Assembly (NCBI GenBank): GCA_030606565.1
Contig: JAUWGE010000004.1
Coordinates: forward strand, 3,256-67,255
DNA: 64,000 nt
Source of the DNA: Candidatus Bipolaricaulota bacterium
GTDB taxonomy: Bacteria; Bipolaricaulota; Bipolaricaulia; UBA7950; UBA9294
Reading direction: 5' to 3'
The translations under genes were made by a program, and so were the position numbers. Each line of letters opens with the position of its first letter. Position 1 is the first letter of the stretch. Below the pieces are notes generated by a model. The model did not search any database. It saw nothing but the letters and a program-made list of their open reading frames with translations, and was not told where the DNA came from. Shown piece after piece: positions 27,296 to 36,056 of this stretch.

Positions 27296-27463
27296 ATGGT
27301 CAACAGGGTGAATACCTTATCAATCTACATTCCCAAAGGTAAGACCGCTAGAAACCCGGTTGAGAGACTCACCAAGCTTGCCAGGGTAAAGGACCGCTCG
27401 CTCAACTACTTGGTCGTAGAGGCGATCCTGCAGTACCTCGACCGCGAGGAAAGGAAGAAGTAA
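27296..27463 (+). CDS. ribbon-helix-helix (CopG/Arc-like) protein, 55 aa (below the ORF-track cutoff)
   Basis: ATG 27296 lies after AAGGGGGTGA. The product is MVNRVNTLSIYIPKGKTARNPVERLTKLARVKDRSLNYLVVEAILQYLDREERKK*. A promoter is visible upstream: TTGTCA (27240-27245), 17 nt, TATACT (27263-27268). Confidence 0.55.
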   Translation: MVNRVNTLSIYIPKGKTARNPVERLTKLARVKDRSLNYLVVEAILQYLDREERKK

Positions 27464-27570
27464 TCCCGCGCCTCATAACCCACACTCACTTGGCTGCGCG
27501 GCTTAGCCTCCCCCCTTTGCCCGCTGTCACGTTGATAATCGATCGGTTTGACCTTACTCCATTACTTCAC

Positions 27571-28860
27571 TCATTTATCTTTTCTGATCTTCTCTAATCG
27601 TTCGTTAAGTTCTCGTTCAAGTCCAGATCTTTTTGGTCGGTAGTATCTCCTCCTCTTCAAAGATGGAGGGAGGCAGTCCATCGGGGCGATTCCCTCCTCA
27701 AAGTCGTGCGCGTACCTATACCCCTTCCCATAGCCAAGCCGTTTCATCAACGATGTAGGAGCATTGCACAAGTGAAGGGGAACCGGCTCGTTCGGGCGCT
27801 TCATCACGTCCTGCCTCGCCTCCCCCAGCGCAAGGTAGAGGGCATTGCTCTTTGGGGCGCAGGCGAGGTAGACTGCGGCCTGGGCTAGGGCCAGGTCACA
27901 CTCAGGAAGGCCGACCGCCTCTACTGTCTCTCGCGCGGCGAGGGCCACCTCCAATCCGTTAGGATCAGCGAGGCCGATATCCTCGGAGGCGATGCGGATC
28001 AGCCGCCGCGCCAGGTAGCGGGGGTCCTCCCCTGCCTCGATCATCCGCGACAACCAGTAGAGGGAGGCATCGGGATCGGAGTTGCGAATCGATTTGTGCA
28101 GCGCGGAGATCAGGTTGTAGTGCTCCTCGCCTGCTTTATCGTAGCGCAGCCCTTTACGTTGGAGGGCCTGTTCGATCAACTTGACATCGATCATCGTTCC
28201 CGTGGCGATCGAACTGGCAAGCTCCAGTGTAGTGAGCGCGCGGCGCGCATCACCGTCCGAGAGAGCGATCAACGTATCCGCCGCCTCAGAAGTCAATTCG
28301 TAGCGTCCCTCAAGGCCCCTCGCGTCCTTTAAAGCACGGCGTAGCACCACTTTCATCTCCGCTTCAGAAAGGGGCGAAAAGCAGAACAGCTGGCAGCGCG
28401 AAAGGAGCGCTGAGGTCAAAGCAAACGACGGGTTCTCCGTCGTCGCCCCGATGAAGATGACACTCCCCTCCTCCAGGTAAGGAAGCAAGACATCCTGCTG
28501 TGCGCGATTGAAACGGTGGACCTCATCGAGGAACAGCAGATCGCGTTTACCTTCGCTCTCCGAGCTCACCTGCGAACGCTCCAGCGCCGCGCGCACCTCT
28601 TTCACCCCAGAGAGAGCCGCCGAGAGGTGAACAAAGTGGGCACGCGAACGCTTAGCAATGATATGTCCCACCGTCGTCTTCCCGGTTCCCGGCGGTCCCC
28701 AGAAGAGAAAGGAGCGATAGTTACCCCGCTCAATAAGGGTTCGCAACGGTGCTCCCGCCCCGAGAATCTCCGCCTGGCCCACGATCTCATCGAGGTCGGT
28801 CGGCCTCATCCTCTCCGCCAGCGGCGGCGGTCCCGGCTCACCGAACTTCAGGCGTTCCAT
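27571..28860 (-). CDS. rarA: replication-associated recombination protein A (AAA+ ATPase)
   Basis: The start is set at MERLKFGEPGPPPLAERMRPTDLDEIVGQ (ATG 28860). Walker A GPPGTGKTT, Walker B LFLDEVHRFN, and the MgsA C-terminal domain are present. The 111-codon N-terminal extension in the ORF track is rejected. Confidence 0.9.
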   Translation of the reverse strand: MERLKFGEPGPPPLAERMRPTDLDEIVGQAEILGAGAPLRTLIERGNYRSFLFWGPPGTGKTTVGHIIAKRSRAHFVHLSAALSGVKEVRAALERSQVSSESEGKRDLLFLDEVHRFNRAQQDVLLPYLEEGSVIFIGATTENPSFALTSALLSRCQLFCFSPLSEAEMKVVLRRALKDARGLEGRYELTSEAADTLIALSDGDARRALTTLELASSIATGTMIDVKLIEQALQRKGLRYDKAGEEHYNLISALHKSIRNSDPDASLYWLSRMIEAGEDPRYLARRLIRIASEDIGLADPNGLEVALAARETVEAVGLPECDLALAQAAVYLACAPKSNALYLALGEARQDVMKRPNEPVPLHLCNAPTSLMKRLGYGKGYRYAHDFEEGIAPMDCLPPSLKRRRYYRPKRSGLERELNERLEKIRKDK

Positions 28861-28887
28861 GCCTCCATCGTAGCGGATAGACCACAC

Positions 28888-29145
28888 TTGCACCAATCCA
28901 CTAAGTGGCGACGAACCTTTCGTAGAATACAAAAAAGCATCTCTCAGAAGTCGCGCGCTGTCCTTGGCGAGATGGGGCCTGAGATTCAGTGGGTACAGAG
29001 CTACGTTACCGATGATAAGGTCTACTGCGTGTACATCGCACCCAATGAGGCGGTGATCCAGAAGCACGCAGAAAAGGGAGGGTTTCCAGCCAACCGCATA
29101 TCGCAGATAAGGGCCGTCATTGACCCAACCACGGCTGAAGGGTGA
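28888..29145 (+). CDS. DUF4242-like small protein (start uncertain)
   Basis: The C-terminal text IQWVQSYVTDDKVYCVYIAPNEAVIQKHAEKGGFPANRISQIRAVIDP matches my recollection of the DUF4242 family. Candidate starts are TTG 28888 or ATG 28972. Divergent from rarA. Confidence 0.4.
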   Translation: MHQSTKWRRTFRRIQKSISQKSRAVLGEMGPEIQWVQSYVTDDKVYCVYIAPNEAVIQKHAEKGGFPANRISQIRAVIDPTTAEG

Positions 29146-29418
29146 CTTGGCGATAGGAGAGCGCGGTCTTTGTTTTTGAATATGCCACCACATTTTTTCG
29201 AGGGAACCTAATCAACCACATCCGTAACGCACTCTGCTAAGCCGACTCGTCTTTCGCTACAAAAGAGTCCTTGTGTTGGGGATCTCCACGGCTTGTAGCG
29301 TGTCACCTCAACACAATTGGATTTGTGTCGCAGTTGCTCACTTTTCTGTCATGGCCGACCAGTAACGGTACTCTCTCACTGTGAGTGGTACATAAAATGG
29401 GGGTATATCAGCGCACTT

Positions 29419-31182
29419 CTATTTTACAATAAGCTGTTGATACAAGAATACGGCAAAAGCGACTACTGAAATGGTCACGATTAGAGCAGTCGGAAGATCT
29501 GGCCAGGGAATGCACCAGTCGCCTATGCAAATCGGGTCTGGTAGCTTGATGGGAATAACTCCGCCGGGCCGGGATGATACCACACCGTAATACTGTACCC
29601 CTCGCAGGAAGGATTGTTGCGGCAAGGCCGATACGCGCCAGATCCCTTGCTTAGGGGAGAGAACTGTCACATGTGAAAAGCTCGTACCGGAATAGAGCTT
29701 AGCACCCGGGTATCCGGAAGTAACCGTCCTCCCCGCAGGGTCTACTAACTTAGCCTGCATGCGGCCAGCTTCTGACCACGCGAAGGTATAATGAAGTTCC
29801 CTTACTGGCCTGATTAGTTTAAAGGCCCCTAAGGAAATCGGACTTCTTGCCAAGATCACCACGGGCTTGTGCATGGCAGTAGGGAAGTCGACGATCTGAC
29901 TACTCCCCAACGTCCTATGTCGAAGCTGGATGTAGGTGCCGAATAGCTCGAACGCCGTTGAGGCATTCCTATAAAGACCACAGCCAGATCCAACAGCAAT
30001 GTTCTTTAAGAACGTTTCGTCAATACCACCTGGATCACCAAAAGCCACCGTATGGATACAAATTCTCTCACGCTTAGCCTCAACTACTGGCCCGCCGAGG
30101 ATCTGCTGCTTAGTTAGCCCTCTGTTGCTGTTGCCATCGCTAAGAAGGATGATGAAACGTTGGGCTCTGGGCACTTTTTCAAGCTCCCGTAAAGCCGTTG
30201 TTAGACCAGCTCCGACGTTGGTGGAAGCTATCGGCTCCAATTTGATGACGACTCTCTTAGCCTGGGCGTAGCTGCTAGTGAGTTGGAGGGCAAGATAAGC
30301 ATCGCCGCTAAAGGTCACCACTGCAATCTCGTGTACTACTCCTGGAGGCCGCGGCTCATTCGCGACTTGCTCGATGAACTGGAGTGCCGCTTGCTTAGCA
30401 GATTCAATCTTAACCCCACCTTTCCACCGCCATCCCATGCTGCCTGAAACATCCATCACCAAGACTGTTGCTGTAAGAGAGGGTGGCGGGAGGGTGGGCG
30501 TGGCTGGCGGAGTTGCTGTCACTATATGTATAAAGGTAAACTCTTGGTAGTTGTACCCCAGGTGCCAATCCCCAATCCACGTCTTTGAATGTGCTGCTAC
30601 TTTGCCGTTACCTAGATATAGAGCCACGTGGTCAATACTTCCGTCTCCATGACGGTCATAGCCAATAACATCACCTTCTTCGAGTTGAGCAACTGAGTTT
30701 ACTCGTGTGCCGTGTCTTTCACGGATAAGCCAGGCAACAAGGTCCGCAGCTCCAACGTATCCATAGACCCGTGGGCTGTAAACATGAGGAACATCTAAAC
30801 CTCCAGCCAAGCCAGAGTAACCGGGGCAGCGTGGCGGGTTGCCTATACAAGAAGAGATAAAGTGAGCGCAATCCACACCTCTCAGGTCATCTGGTGACGC
30901 ATTCAGATTGCTTTGAACGGTTGTTACACTTGTACCACAGGGGTATTGCCGAGGGATCGTCGCCTGTTTCACGTTATTCACATACTTGCCAACCATGTAC
31001 CAGCTATCACTTGGGACTTTGTTGTAGAAATACCGGGCATAATCTGCAGCGGCTTTGCCGTCATATGCAGCGAGTTGGTTACTCCAGCAGAACGCTGTCG
31101 CAAGTATGATTAAGAAGCCTAGGAGAAGGCATTCCCTGGTTCCCAGGGTACTTCTGGCAACTGCGCAAACCCTGCTAGTCAT
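29419..31182 (-). CDS. membrane-anchored secreted protein with an NlpC/P60-like amidase domain and a vWA domain
   Basis: 587-aa ORF. N-terminal TM; a Cys…His amidase-like block (DCAHFISSCIG … GDVIGYD…IDHVALYLGNGKVAAHS); vWA MIDAS motif VLVMDVSGSMG … ILLSDGNSN; C-terminal TM. Confidence 0.65.
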   Translation of the reverse strand: MTSRVCAVARSTLGTRECLLLGFLIILATAFCWSNQLAAYDGKAAADYARYFYNKVPSDSWYMVGKYVNNVKQATIPRQYPCGTSVTTVQSNLNASPDDLRGVDCAHFISSCIGNPPRCPGYSGLAGGLDVPHVYSPRVYGYVGAADLVAWLIRERHGTRVNSVAQLEEGDVIGYDRHGDGSIDHVALYLGNGKVAAHSKTWIGDWHLGYNYQEFTFIHIVTATPPATPTLPPPSLTATVLVMDVSGSMGWRWKGGVKIESAKQAALQFIEQVANEPRPPGVVHEIAVVTFSGDAYLALQLTSSYAQAKRVVIKLEPIASTNVGAGLTTALRELEKVPRAQRFIILLSDGNSNRGLTKQQILGGPVVEAKRERICIHTVAFGDPGGIDETFLKNIAVGSGCGLYRNASTAFELFGTYIQLRHRTLGSSQIVDFPTAMHKPVVILARSPISLGAFKLIRPVRELHYTFAWSEAGRMQAKLVDPAGRTVTSGYPGAKLYSGTSFSHVTVLSPKQGIWRVSALPQQSFLRGVQYYGVVSSRPGGVIPIKLPDPICIGDWCIPWPDLPTALIVTISVVAFAVFLYQQLIVK

Positions 31183-31341
31183 TATGAGACTTTCCCTTCA
31201 TTCACAACACACATCCCATATACGGCTACAGAAGCAGTATAACGCGATAACATACTAATCCTCTTCGCAGCTGTCAAGCACCCAATGAGGCCACTCAACA
31301 AGACGCTATTCTGTTGACTCAATCCTAGCCCGTTTCCAGTC

Positions 31342-31905
31342 CTACTGAAAGAGGGCTCCCGTCTGAGGTCTGAATAGGTAAATTAAGACCAGAACCCCGA
31401 TCACAATCTCCACCACGATCAATAAGTCGGTGGTCGTTGATATCCCAGTTATTGAGACAGTTACTACGCCCAGCAGGATGCCCACTAGGTAGATGGCTCG
31501 CGCCAAGTTTAGTCCCCATTTCTGCATGGTCCATAGCCCATATGCTACTGCAAGATCGAGAACCCCCAGAGGGAGAAAGATGGCGTAGGCAAATTCACTT
31601 GCTGCCATGGCAAAAAAGCCAGATATGACCTCATACGCGGCAGCTATTAGGGTGTATAAGACGACAACCACAAGCCCAAAAGGCTTCTTGCCGGCGGTGG
31701 TGGATGCATAGACACCTGTTTTACTGCCTTTGATGGGACTTTTTTTTGCGGATCGGCGAATTAGTCTTACAAGGAACCACGCCAAGAACCCACCAACGAC
31801 AACGAAAAGTGCTATACTTGCAATTGATGTAGTATTCAAACCTTCAGCCCTCTGGGAAAGGACCGGCCTGCTATAGGAAACCACCAGTAGACCCAACACG
31901 AGCAA
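31342..31905 (-). CDS. hypothetical integral membrane protein
   Basis: 187-aa ORF with 5-6 hydrophobic helices, lying between the vWA and beta-helix genes on the same strand. Confidence 0.5.
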   Translation of the reverse strand: MLVLGLLVVSYSRPVLSQRAEGLNTTSIASIALFVVVGGFLAWFLVRLIRRSAKKSPIKGSKTGVYASTTAGKKPFGLVVVVLYTLIAAAYEVISGFFAMAASEFAYAIFLPLGVLDLAVAYGLWTMQKWGLNLARAIYLVGILLGVVTVSITGISTTTDLLIVVEIVIGVLVLIYLFRPQTGALFQ

Positions 31906-32001
31906 CAGGTGCTGGGCTTTTTGTTAATATCCTTCTCATGAGCATACCTTCCACGGTCTAAGGATTGAACAAGCTGGCGCTGCGTGAAGCTACTTCCGTA
32001 T

Positions 32002-33777
32002 TTATTGACATTTCTGAGCTGCAGCGTAGTTGCAGTTACCGTCGTGGTTATTGACAAAAGTGTTGCCACGGCACTCCACAATGTTATTCGAAATGGTAGC
32101 GTCGATGCCTAGACCGTTGTTACTGATAATGCTGTCAAGAATCCGGACACGCGGGTCCGAATAGTAGATCTTGATGCCGATCTCGTTGTTTGAAATAGTA
32201 CAGTGGCTGAGAGTTACTTGGGCTGAGCTGCATATGGTTACGCCCCACCCTCCATGGTCTGAGATCGTGCAATCTTCAAAGGTCGCAACTGCCCCCTCTC
32301 CGGAAACAGTGACTCCGTTGTCCTCGCTGCCTGAGATAGTACAGTTAGTTACAGTAACTTGGCCGGAATAGCTGACTTTGAACTCACCTCTGGAGATAGT
32401 GCAATCGGTTACCGTTACTTTGGAAGAGCCGCTCACCGTGAGATCGTTATCGCTGAGTTGCACGTCCTTGATGGTAGCTAAAGCCTCCCCCCAGATACGG
32501 ATGCCCTGGTGGTAACCGTGGGCGATGGAACAGCTGGTAATGGTTGCTTGGGCCGATTCTCCAACCGAGATTCCGGTTTCCGTCATCCTTGAATCAGTAA
32601 TGACTGCTTGGGCTGCTCCTTCTACGGAAATGCTAGATTCGTAGTTCCGGTAGAATGTGCATCCGTTAATGGTTATCTCCGCTGAGTTTTCCACGAGAAG
32701 GACAGGGGCTTGACTGCCGTTTTGATAGAGTTCGCAATCAGCTAGAGTGAGCTTAGGAGACCCTTCTCCTGCTACAATAGAGATGTCGTTAGAATAGATC
32801 TCGCAGTTGGTTGCGAGCACTTGAGCAGAGTTTGAGACAGTAATGCCGTTCTTTGTACTATGGTGGATATGACATCTATTAAGATTTACATTAGCTGAAT
32901 CCTTTACAACTAAGGCATCCTCATCGTAGTTAGCAATTTGGCAATTCTCAAGGTTCACCTGGGCGCCGCCTGAGATATGAAGGCCAAACATCCCGCTCCA
33001 ATGGTTGGTGGGATTTATGATTTCGGTGTCTTCAATTGCTACTATCGCGCTACCGATAATCCGAATTCCAATATAAGTGCTGATACATTCCATCTGTGCA
33101 TTGACAACGGTGATGTTCTGAACATTGACTTTGATGTCTTCGTCGCTTTCGATATTTATCACCGCTTGTTCACTGTCATTCCCCACGATTCGTGTCTCCT
33201 CTGGACTTCCTCCCTCACCGCGAAGAGTGATGCTTTTCTCGATCACAAGATCCTCTTGGTAAACCCCCGGAGGAACCAGAACTGTGTCGCCAACACCTGC
33301 TCTCTCAATCATCTTTTGGATCCTGAACACTTCAACTGAAAGAGCATACTGACCTATGCCGTCGGCCTGAGTGTGGCGGACCATAATAAAGTACATGCCA
33401 TCAGCTGGGGCACTCCATAGCAACCTGGATCCCGGGCCGTCTCCAAAATCGTCGTTGATTTCTAGTACCGTCTGTCCATCTGGTTCGAACAGGTAAATCA
33501 CTGTATCCATGTTATCCCTTAACGGCCCTGTCCAAATCAGATATTTCTCTTTAGCTGAAGCTTCGAACGAGAAGAAATCACGGTCGTTTGGCTGTTCAAT
33601 CTCTCCCTGGACCAAAGAACCATCAGCGAAAATGTACGTTGCCGTAAGATAGTCGTTGCCATGGTCATCGGTGGTCGCAACAGCGGCCAACCCTACGATG
33701 AGAGTAAGGAGTGCAGCAACGATGAAAAGAAAGTACTTCCTTCTCATCTTCACATGAACCCACATGTTTCGGATCAT
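32002..33777 (-). CDS. secreted protein with a PPC (pre-peptidase C-terminal)-like domain and right-handed parallel beta-helix repeats
   Basis: Signal/TM segment; DDHGNDYLTAT…DRDFFSF…YLI…MDTVIYLF (PPC-like); then more than 12 repeats of about 22 aa of the type …NCTIS.N…GI.…. Confidence 0.65.
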   Translation of the reverse strand: MIRNMWVHVKMRRKYFLFIVAALLTLIVGLAAVATTDDHGNDYLTATYIFADGSLVQGEIEQPNDRDFFSFEASAKEKYLIWTGPLRDNMDTVIYLFEPDGQTVLEINDDFGDGPGSRLLWSAPADGMYFIMVRHTQADGIGQYALSVEVFRIQKMIERAGVGDTVLVPPGVYQEDLVIEKSITLRGEGGSPEETRIVGNDSEQAVINIESDEDIKVNVQNITVVNAQMECISTYIGIRIIGSAIVAIEDTEIINPTNHWSGMFGLHISGGAQVNLENCQIANYDEDALVVKDSANVNLNRCHIHHSTKNGITVSNSAQVLATNCEIYSNDISIVAGEGSPKLTLADCELYQNGSQAPVLLVENSAEITINGCTFYRNYESSISVEGAAQAVITDSRMTETGISVGESAQATITSCSIAHGYHQGIRIWGEALATIKDVQLSDNDLTVSGSSKVTVTDCTISRGEFKVSYSGQVTVTNCTISGSEDNGVTVSGEGAVATFEDCTISDHGGWGVTICSSAQVTLSHCTISNNEIGIKIYYSDPRVRILDSIISNNGLGIDATISNNIVECRGNTFVNNHDGNCNYAAAQKCQ

Positions 33778-34096
33778 CTCCTATCTTGTACCGTTTCTCA
33801 AAGACTCAATGCGACGAAGCTATGCATCTACGACACCGAGAAAATCCCTTCGATGATTAGAACGTCCTCTTTCTGAGCACCTTCGCTGTTGTACGGCGAA
33901 AATCAAACCATACTACCACCATTGAGCTGGGAATCCAAACGGCCAGTCACGCAACACAATATACATTGTGTTGCGCTCCTAAGAAGATTGCCTCCGAGTA
34001 TAGAGTCCCCTCCATAACAGCACTCTAGCGATTCTAAACCAACGCCCAAAGTTATCCACTTGGCAAACCACTCAATATTTGAGCCTGCACAGAGCC

Positions 34097-34207
34097 GCGT
34101 TGAGATCGCTGCAATTCTCGTGCTCACCGAAAAGACCTATCGCTAGGTCCCCATGAAGACCACAATTGCAACAAGGCCCCAAAAAAAGCGGGAAGGGGCT
34201 ACAACTG
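34097..34207 (+). repeat. direct repeat copy 1 (truncated relE-type 3' end plus downstream sequence)
   Basis: About 111 nt, near-identical to 34767-34877 with only a handful of mismatches. It encodes …RVEIAAILVLTEKTYR*, compared with …CVEIAALLVRTEKTYR* in the intact toxin. Confidence 0.85.
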
Positions 34208-34308
34208 CTTGCAGAAATTCATCCTATCTATGGCGTTGACATCCCTTATTAGGGTAATAAAATATCAATATACCACTTCCTAAGAGCGATCCGGAAGGAG
34301 GGGAGGAC

Positions 34309-34566
34309 ATGCCCATTGTAAAGATCCGCACCAACCGTCAGGTAACCGTCCCCAAAGCCATTTTCGATGAGCTCGGCCTTAAAGAGGGGGACTTCGTTGA
34401 AGTCAGTCTCAAGGGCACCCATATCGTCATCAAGCCCAAACGGCTAGTTGCTGTTGAAGATACCTTGAGCCCGGAAGAGGAAAAGGCCGTAGAGCGAGGA
34501 TTTAAACAGCTCAGAAGGGGCGAGTACGTTGCCTGGAAAGAGTTGAAACATGAGTTGGGTTTGTAA
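34309..34566 (+). CDS. type II antitoxin, AbrB/MazE/SpoVT family
   Basis: MPIVKIRTNRQVTVPKAIFDELGLKEGDFVEVSLKGTHIVIKP is a swapped-hairpin AbrB-type N-terminus. A promoter is visible upstream: TTGACA (34236-34241), 16 nt, TAAAAT. Confidence 0.8.
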   Translation: MPIVKIRTNRQVTVPKAIFDELGLKEGDFVEVSLKGTHIVIKPKRLVAVEDTLSPEEEKAVERGFKQLRRGEYVAWKELKHELGL

Positions 34567-34816
34567 GCTCTCCAGGGAAGCAGTCAAGCAACTTCGCCGT
34601 TTGCCTCAAGACCGACAAAAACAGCTAGTTCAGGCCATCGAAGAGATGGAGGAAGATCCCACAAGCGGCGATGTTCGCCCTCTAAAGAGCGGGAAATTCA
34701 AGGGGGCCTTACGGAAGCGCGTGGGACGTTATCGTATCGTCTTCTCTCTTAATCCTTCAATGAACTGCGTTGAGATCGCTGCACTTCTCGTGCGCACCGA
34801 AAAGACCTATCGCTAG
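34550..34816 (+). CDS. type II toxin, RelE/ParE superfamily
   Basis: 88-aa ORF with W.…LS.EAVKQLRRLP…Q..LVQAIEEM.EDP….PLKSGKF.G.LRKRVGRYRIVF. It overlaps the antitoxin by 17 nt. Confidence 0.75.
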   Translation: MSWVCKLSREAVKQLRRLPQDRQKQLVQAIEEMEEDPTSGDVRPLKSGKFKGALRKRVGRYRIVFSLNPSMNCVEIAALLVRTEKTYR

Positions 34817-34877
34817 GTTCCCATGAAGACCACAAATGCAACAAGGCCCCAAAAAAAGCGGGAAGGGGCTACAACTG
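34767..34877 (+). repeat. direct repeat copy 2 (3' end of the intact toxin gene plus downstream sequence)
   Basis: See 34097-34207. The two copies are 670 nt apart and bracket the whole TA module. Confidence 0.85.
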
Positions 34878-34921
34878 GTTCCTTGACACTTAAAACCCCA
34901 TCTCGTACCATCGCCAATGTC

Positions 34922-34994
34922 GGGTCGTTAGCTCAATTGGCAGAGCAACGGACTCTTAATCCGTCGGTTGCAGGTTCGAGTCCTGCACGACCCA
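34922..34994 (+). tRNA. tRNA-Lys (CTT)
   Basis: GGGTCGTTAGCTCAATTGGCAGAGCAACGGACTCTTAATCCGTCGGTTGCAGGTTCGAGTCCTGCACGACCCA. Anticodon loop CTCTTAA. Confidence 0.95.
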
Positions 34995-35015
34995 CAGTAC
35001 TGTACACCATGTCAC

Positions 35016-35087
35016 GGGTCGTTAGCTCAGGGGTAGAGCACCTGACTTTTAATCAGGGGGTCGCTGGTTCGAATCCAGCACGACCCA
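35016..35087 (+). tRNA. tRNA-Lys (TTT)
   Basis: GGGTCGTTAGCTCAGGGGTAGAGCACCTGACTTTTAATCAGGGGGTCGCTGGTTCGAATCCAGCACGACCCA. Anticodon loop CTTTTAA. Confidence 0.95.
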
Positions 35088-35137
35088 CTCCCAATTGAAA
35101 CGGACCGGTCCTCTTTCTATAATACCAATTGAACTTT

Positions 35138-35210
35138 GTCCCCATCATCTAGCGGCCTAGGATACCGGGTTTTCATCCCGGCGGCAGGGGTTCAAATCCC
35201 CTTGGGGACA
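35138..35210 (+). tRNA. tRNA-Glu (TTC)
   Basis: GTCCCCATCATCTAGCGGCCTAGGATACCGGGTTTTCATCCCGGCGGCAGGGGTTCAAATCCCCTTGGGGACA. Anticodon loop TTTTCAT. Confidence 0.95.
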
Positions 35211-35265
35211 TGAGTGGCAAAAAGTCAAAGCGAGGTTTGCGGCAGATCCTATCACCACCTATAAT

Positions 35266-35338
35266 GGGCGAGTAGCTCAGTTGGAAGAGCATCCGGCTTA
35301 CATCCGGAAGGCCACAGGTTCAAGTCCTGTCTCGCCCA
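35266..35338 (+). tRNA. tRNA-Val (TAC)
   Basis: GGGCGAGTAGCTCAGTTGGAAGAGCATCCGGCTTACATCCGGAAGGCCACAGGTTCAAGTCCTGTCTCGCCCA. Anticodon loop CTTACAT. Confidence 0.95.
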
Positions 35339-35355
35339 GTGAGCTTTGAGATCTC

Positions 35356-35431
35356 GGGGGCGTGGTCTAGTCTGGTCTATGACGCTGGATTGTCACTCCA
35401 GAGATCGCCGGTTCAAATCCGGTCGTCCCCG
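35356..35431 (+). tRNA. tRNA-Asp (GTC)
   Basis: GGGGGCGTGGTCTAGTCTGGTCTATGACGCTGGATTGTCACTCCAGAGATCGCCGGTTCAAATCCGGTCGTCCCCG. Anticodon loop TTGTCAC. Confidence 0.95.
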
Positions 35432-35441
35432 CATGGAGCGT

Positions 35442-35517
35442 GCCGAGGTAGCTCAGTTGGTAGAGCACGGCCCTGAAAAGGCCGGTGTCCCCAGTTCGAC
35501 TCTGGGCCTCGGCACCA
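35442..35517 (+). tRNA. tRNA-Phe (GAA), CCA encoded
   Basis: GCCGAGGTAGCTCAGTTGGTAGAGCACGGCCCTGAAAAGGCCGGTGTCCCCAGTTCGACTCTGGGCCTCGGCACCA. Anticodon loop CTGAAAA. Confidence 0.95.
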
Positions 35518-35688
35518 ATCTCTTTGCAAAGCGAGAAATCGGCTTCCCTCTAGTAACATTATCAGCCAAGGTCAGCGAAAGATACTCCCCCCATCGCGGA
35601 GGAGAGCTTCAACAAGATGTTTTTCTGCCTCCTGTCGATGAAATCCCCTTGAAATAAGCACTTCGTGAAGAGAGGCTCGGTTTCATCC

Positions 35689-35885
35689 TGTGGAAAACCC
35701 TGTGGAAAAGGGCCTGAAAAGAGGTGCTAAAGAGGGGTTGACTGTGGAAAAGCCTTCTTCACAAGCCAAGTCACTTTTCCTCCTCGGCCCTTATCTACAG
35801 TATTCCGGGGCTATGAATGACTTCTCCACAGCTTTTTCCACAGGTTAGAGCTTTATAAACACAGCGTTCGGGGAGGTTGTCCACA
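35689..35885. promoter_or_regulatory. oriC part 1: DnaA-box cluster upstream of dnaA
   Basis: TGTGGAAAA at 35689, 35701 and 35743. Then, in the opposite orientation, TTATCTACA (35791), TTCTCCACA (35822), TTTTCCACA (35834) and TTGTCCACA (35877). All are within one or two mismatches of TTATCCACA. Confidence 0.75.
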
Positions 35886-36056
35886 GGCAAAGTACGTACT
35901 CACAACCACTGCAGGGGGGTCCTTAATATACCCCGACAAACTAAGTAAAAGGAATTCCGTATCCGCAAGGTCAAATCCGAGCCCGGCTCTCCATTTTTTC
36001 CTTGACCGAAAGACCCTCTATCTGCTATCCTGGAATGCTACAATTGGGGGAAACAG

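Noticed and set aside
28861-29193. 111-codon N-terminal extension of the rarA ORF (ORF track 27571-29193).
   Set aside because: The conserved RarA N-terminus (MERLKFGE…LAERMRP) begins at the internal ATG 28860. The extension overlaps the opposite-strand DUF4242-like ORF and has no family similarity.
33861-33945. The minus-strand stretch GATTCCCAGCTCAATGGTGGTAG resembles a tRNA D-arm. It could be a tRNA fragment or an old att site.
   Set aside because: There is no T-loop (GGTTCRANT), no anticodon stem and no acceptor pairing. The similarity is limited to about 15 nt.
34823-35657. ORFs 34823-35098 and 35346-35657.
   Set aside because: They run straight through six clean tRNA cloverleaves and are artefacts of open frames in tRNA DNA.
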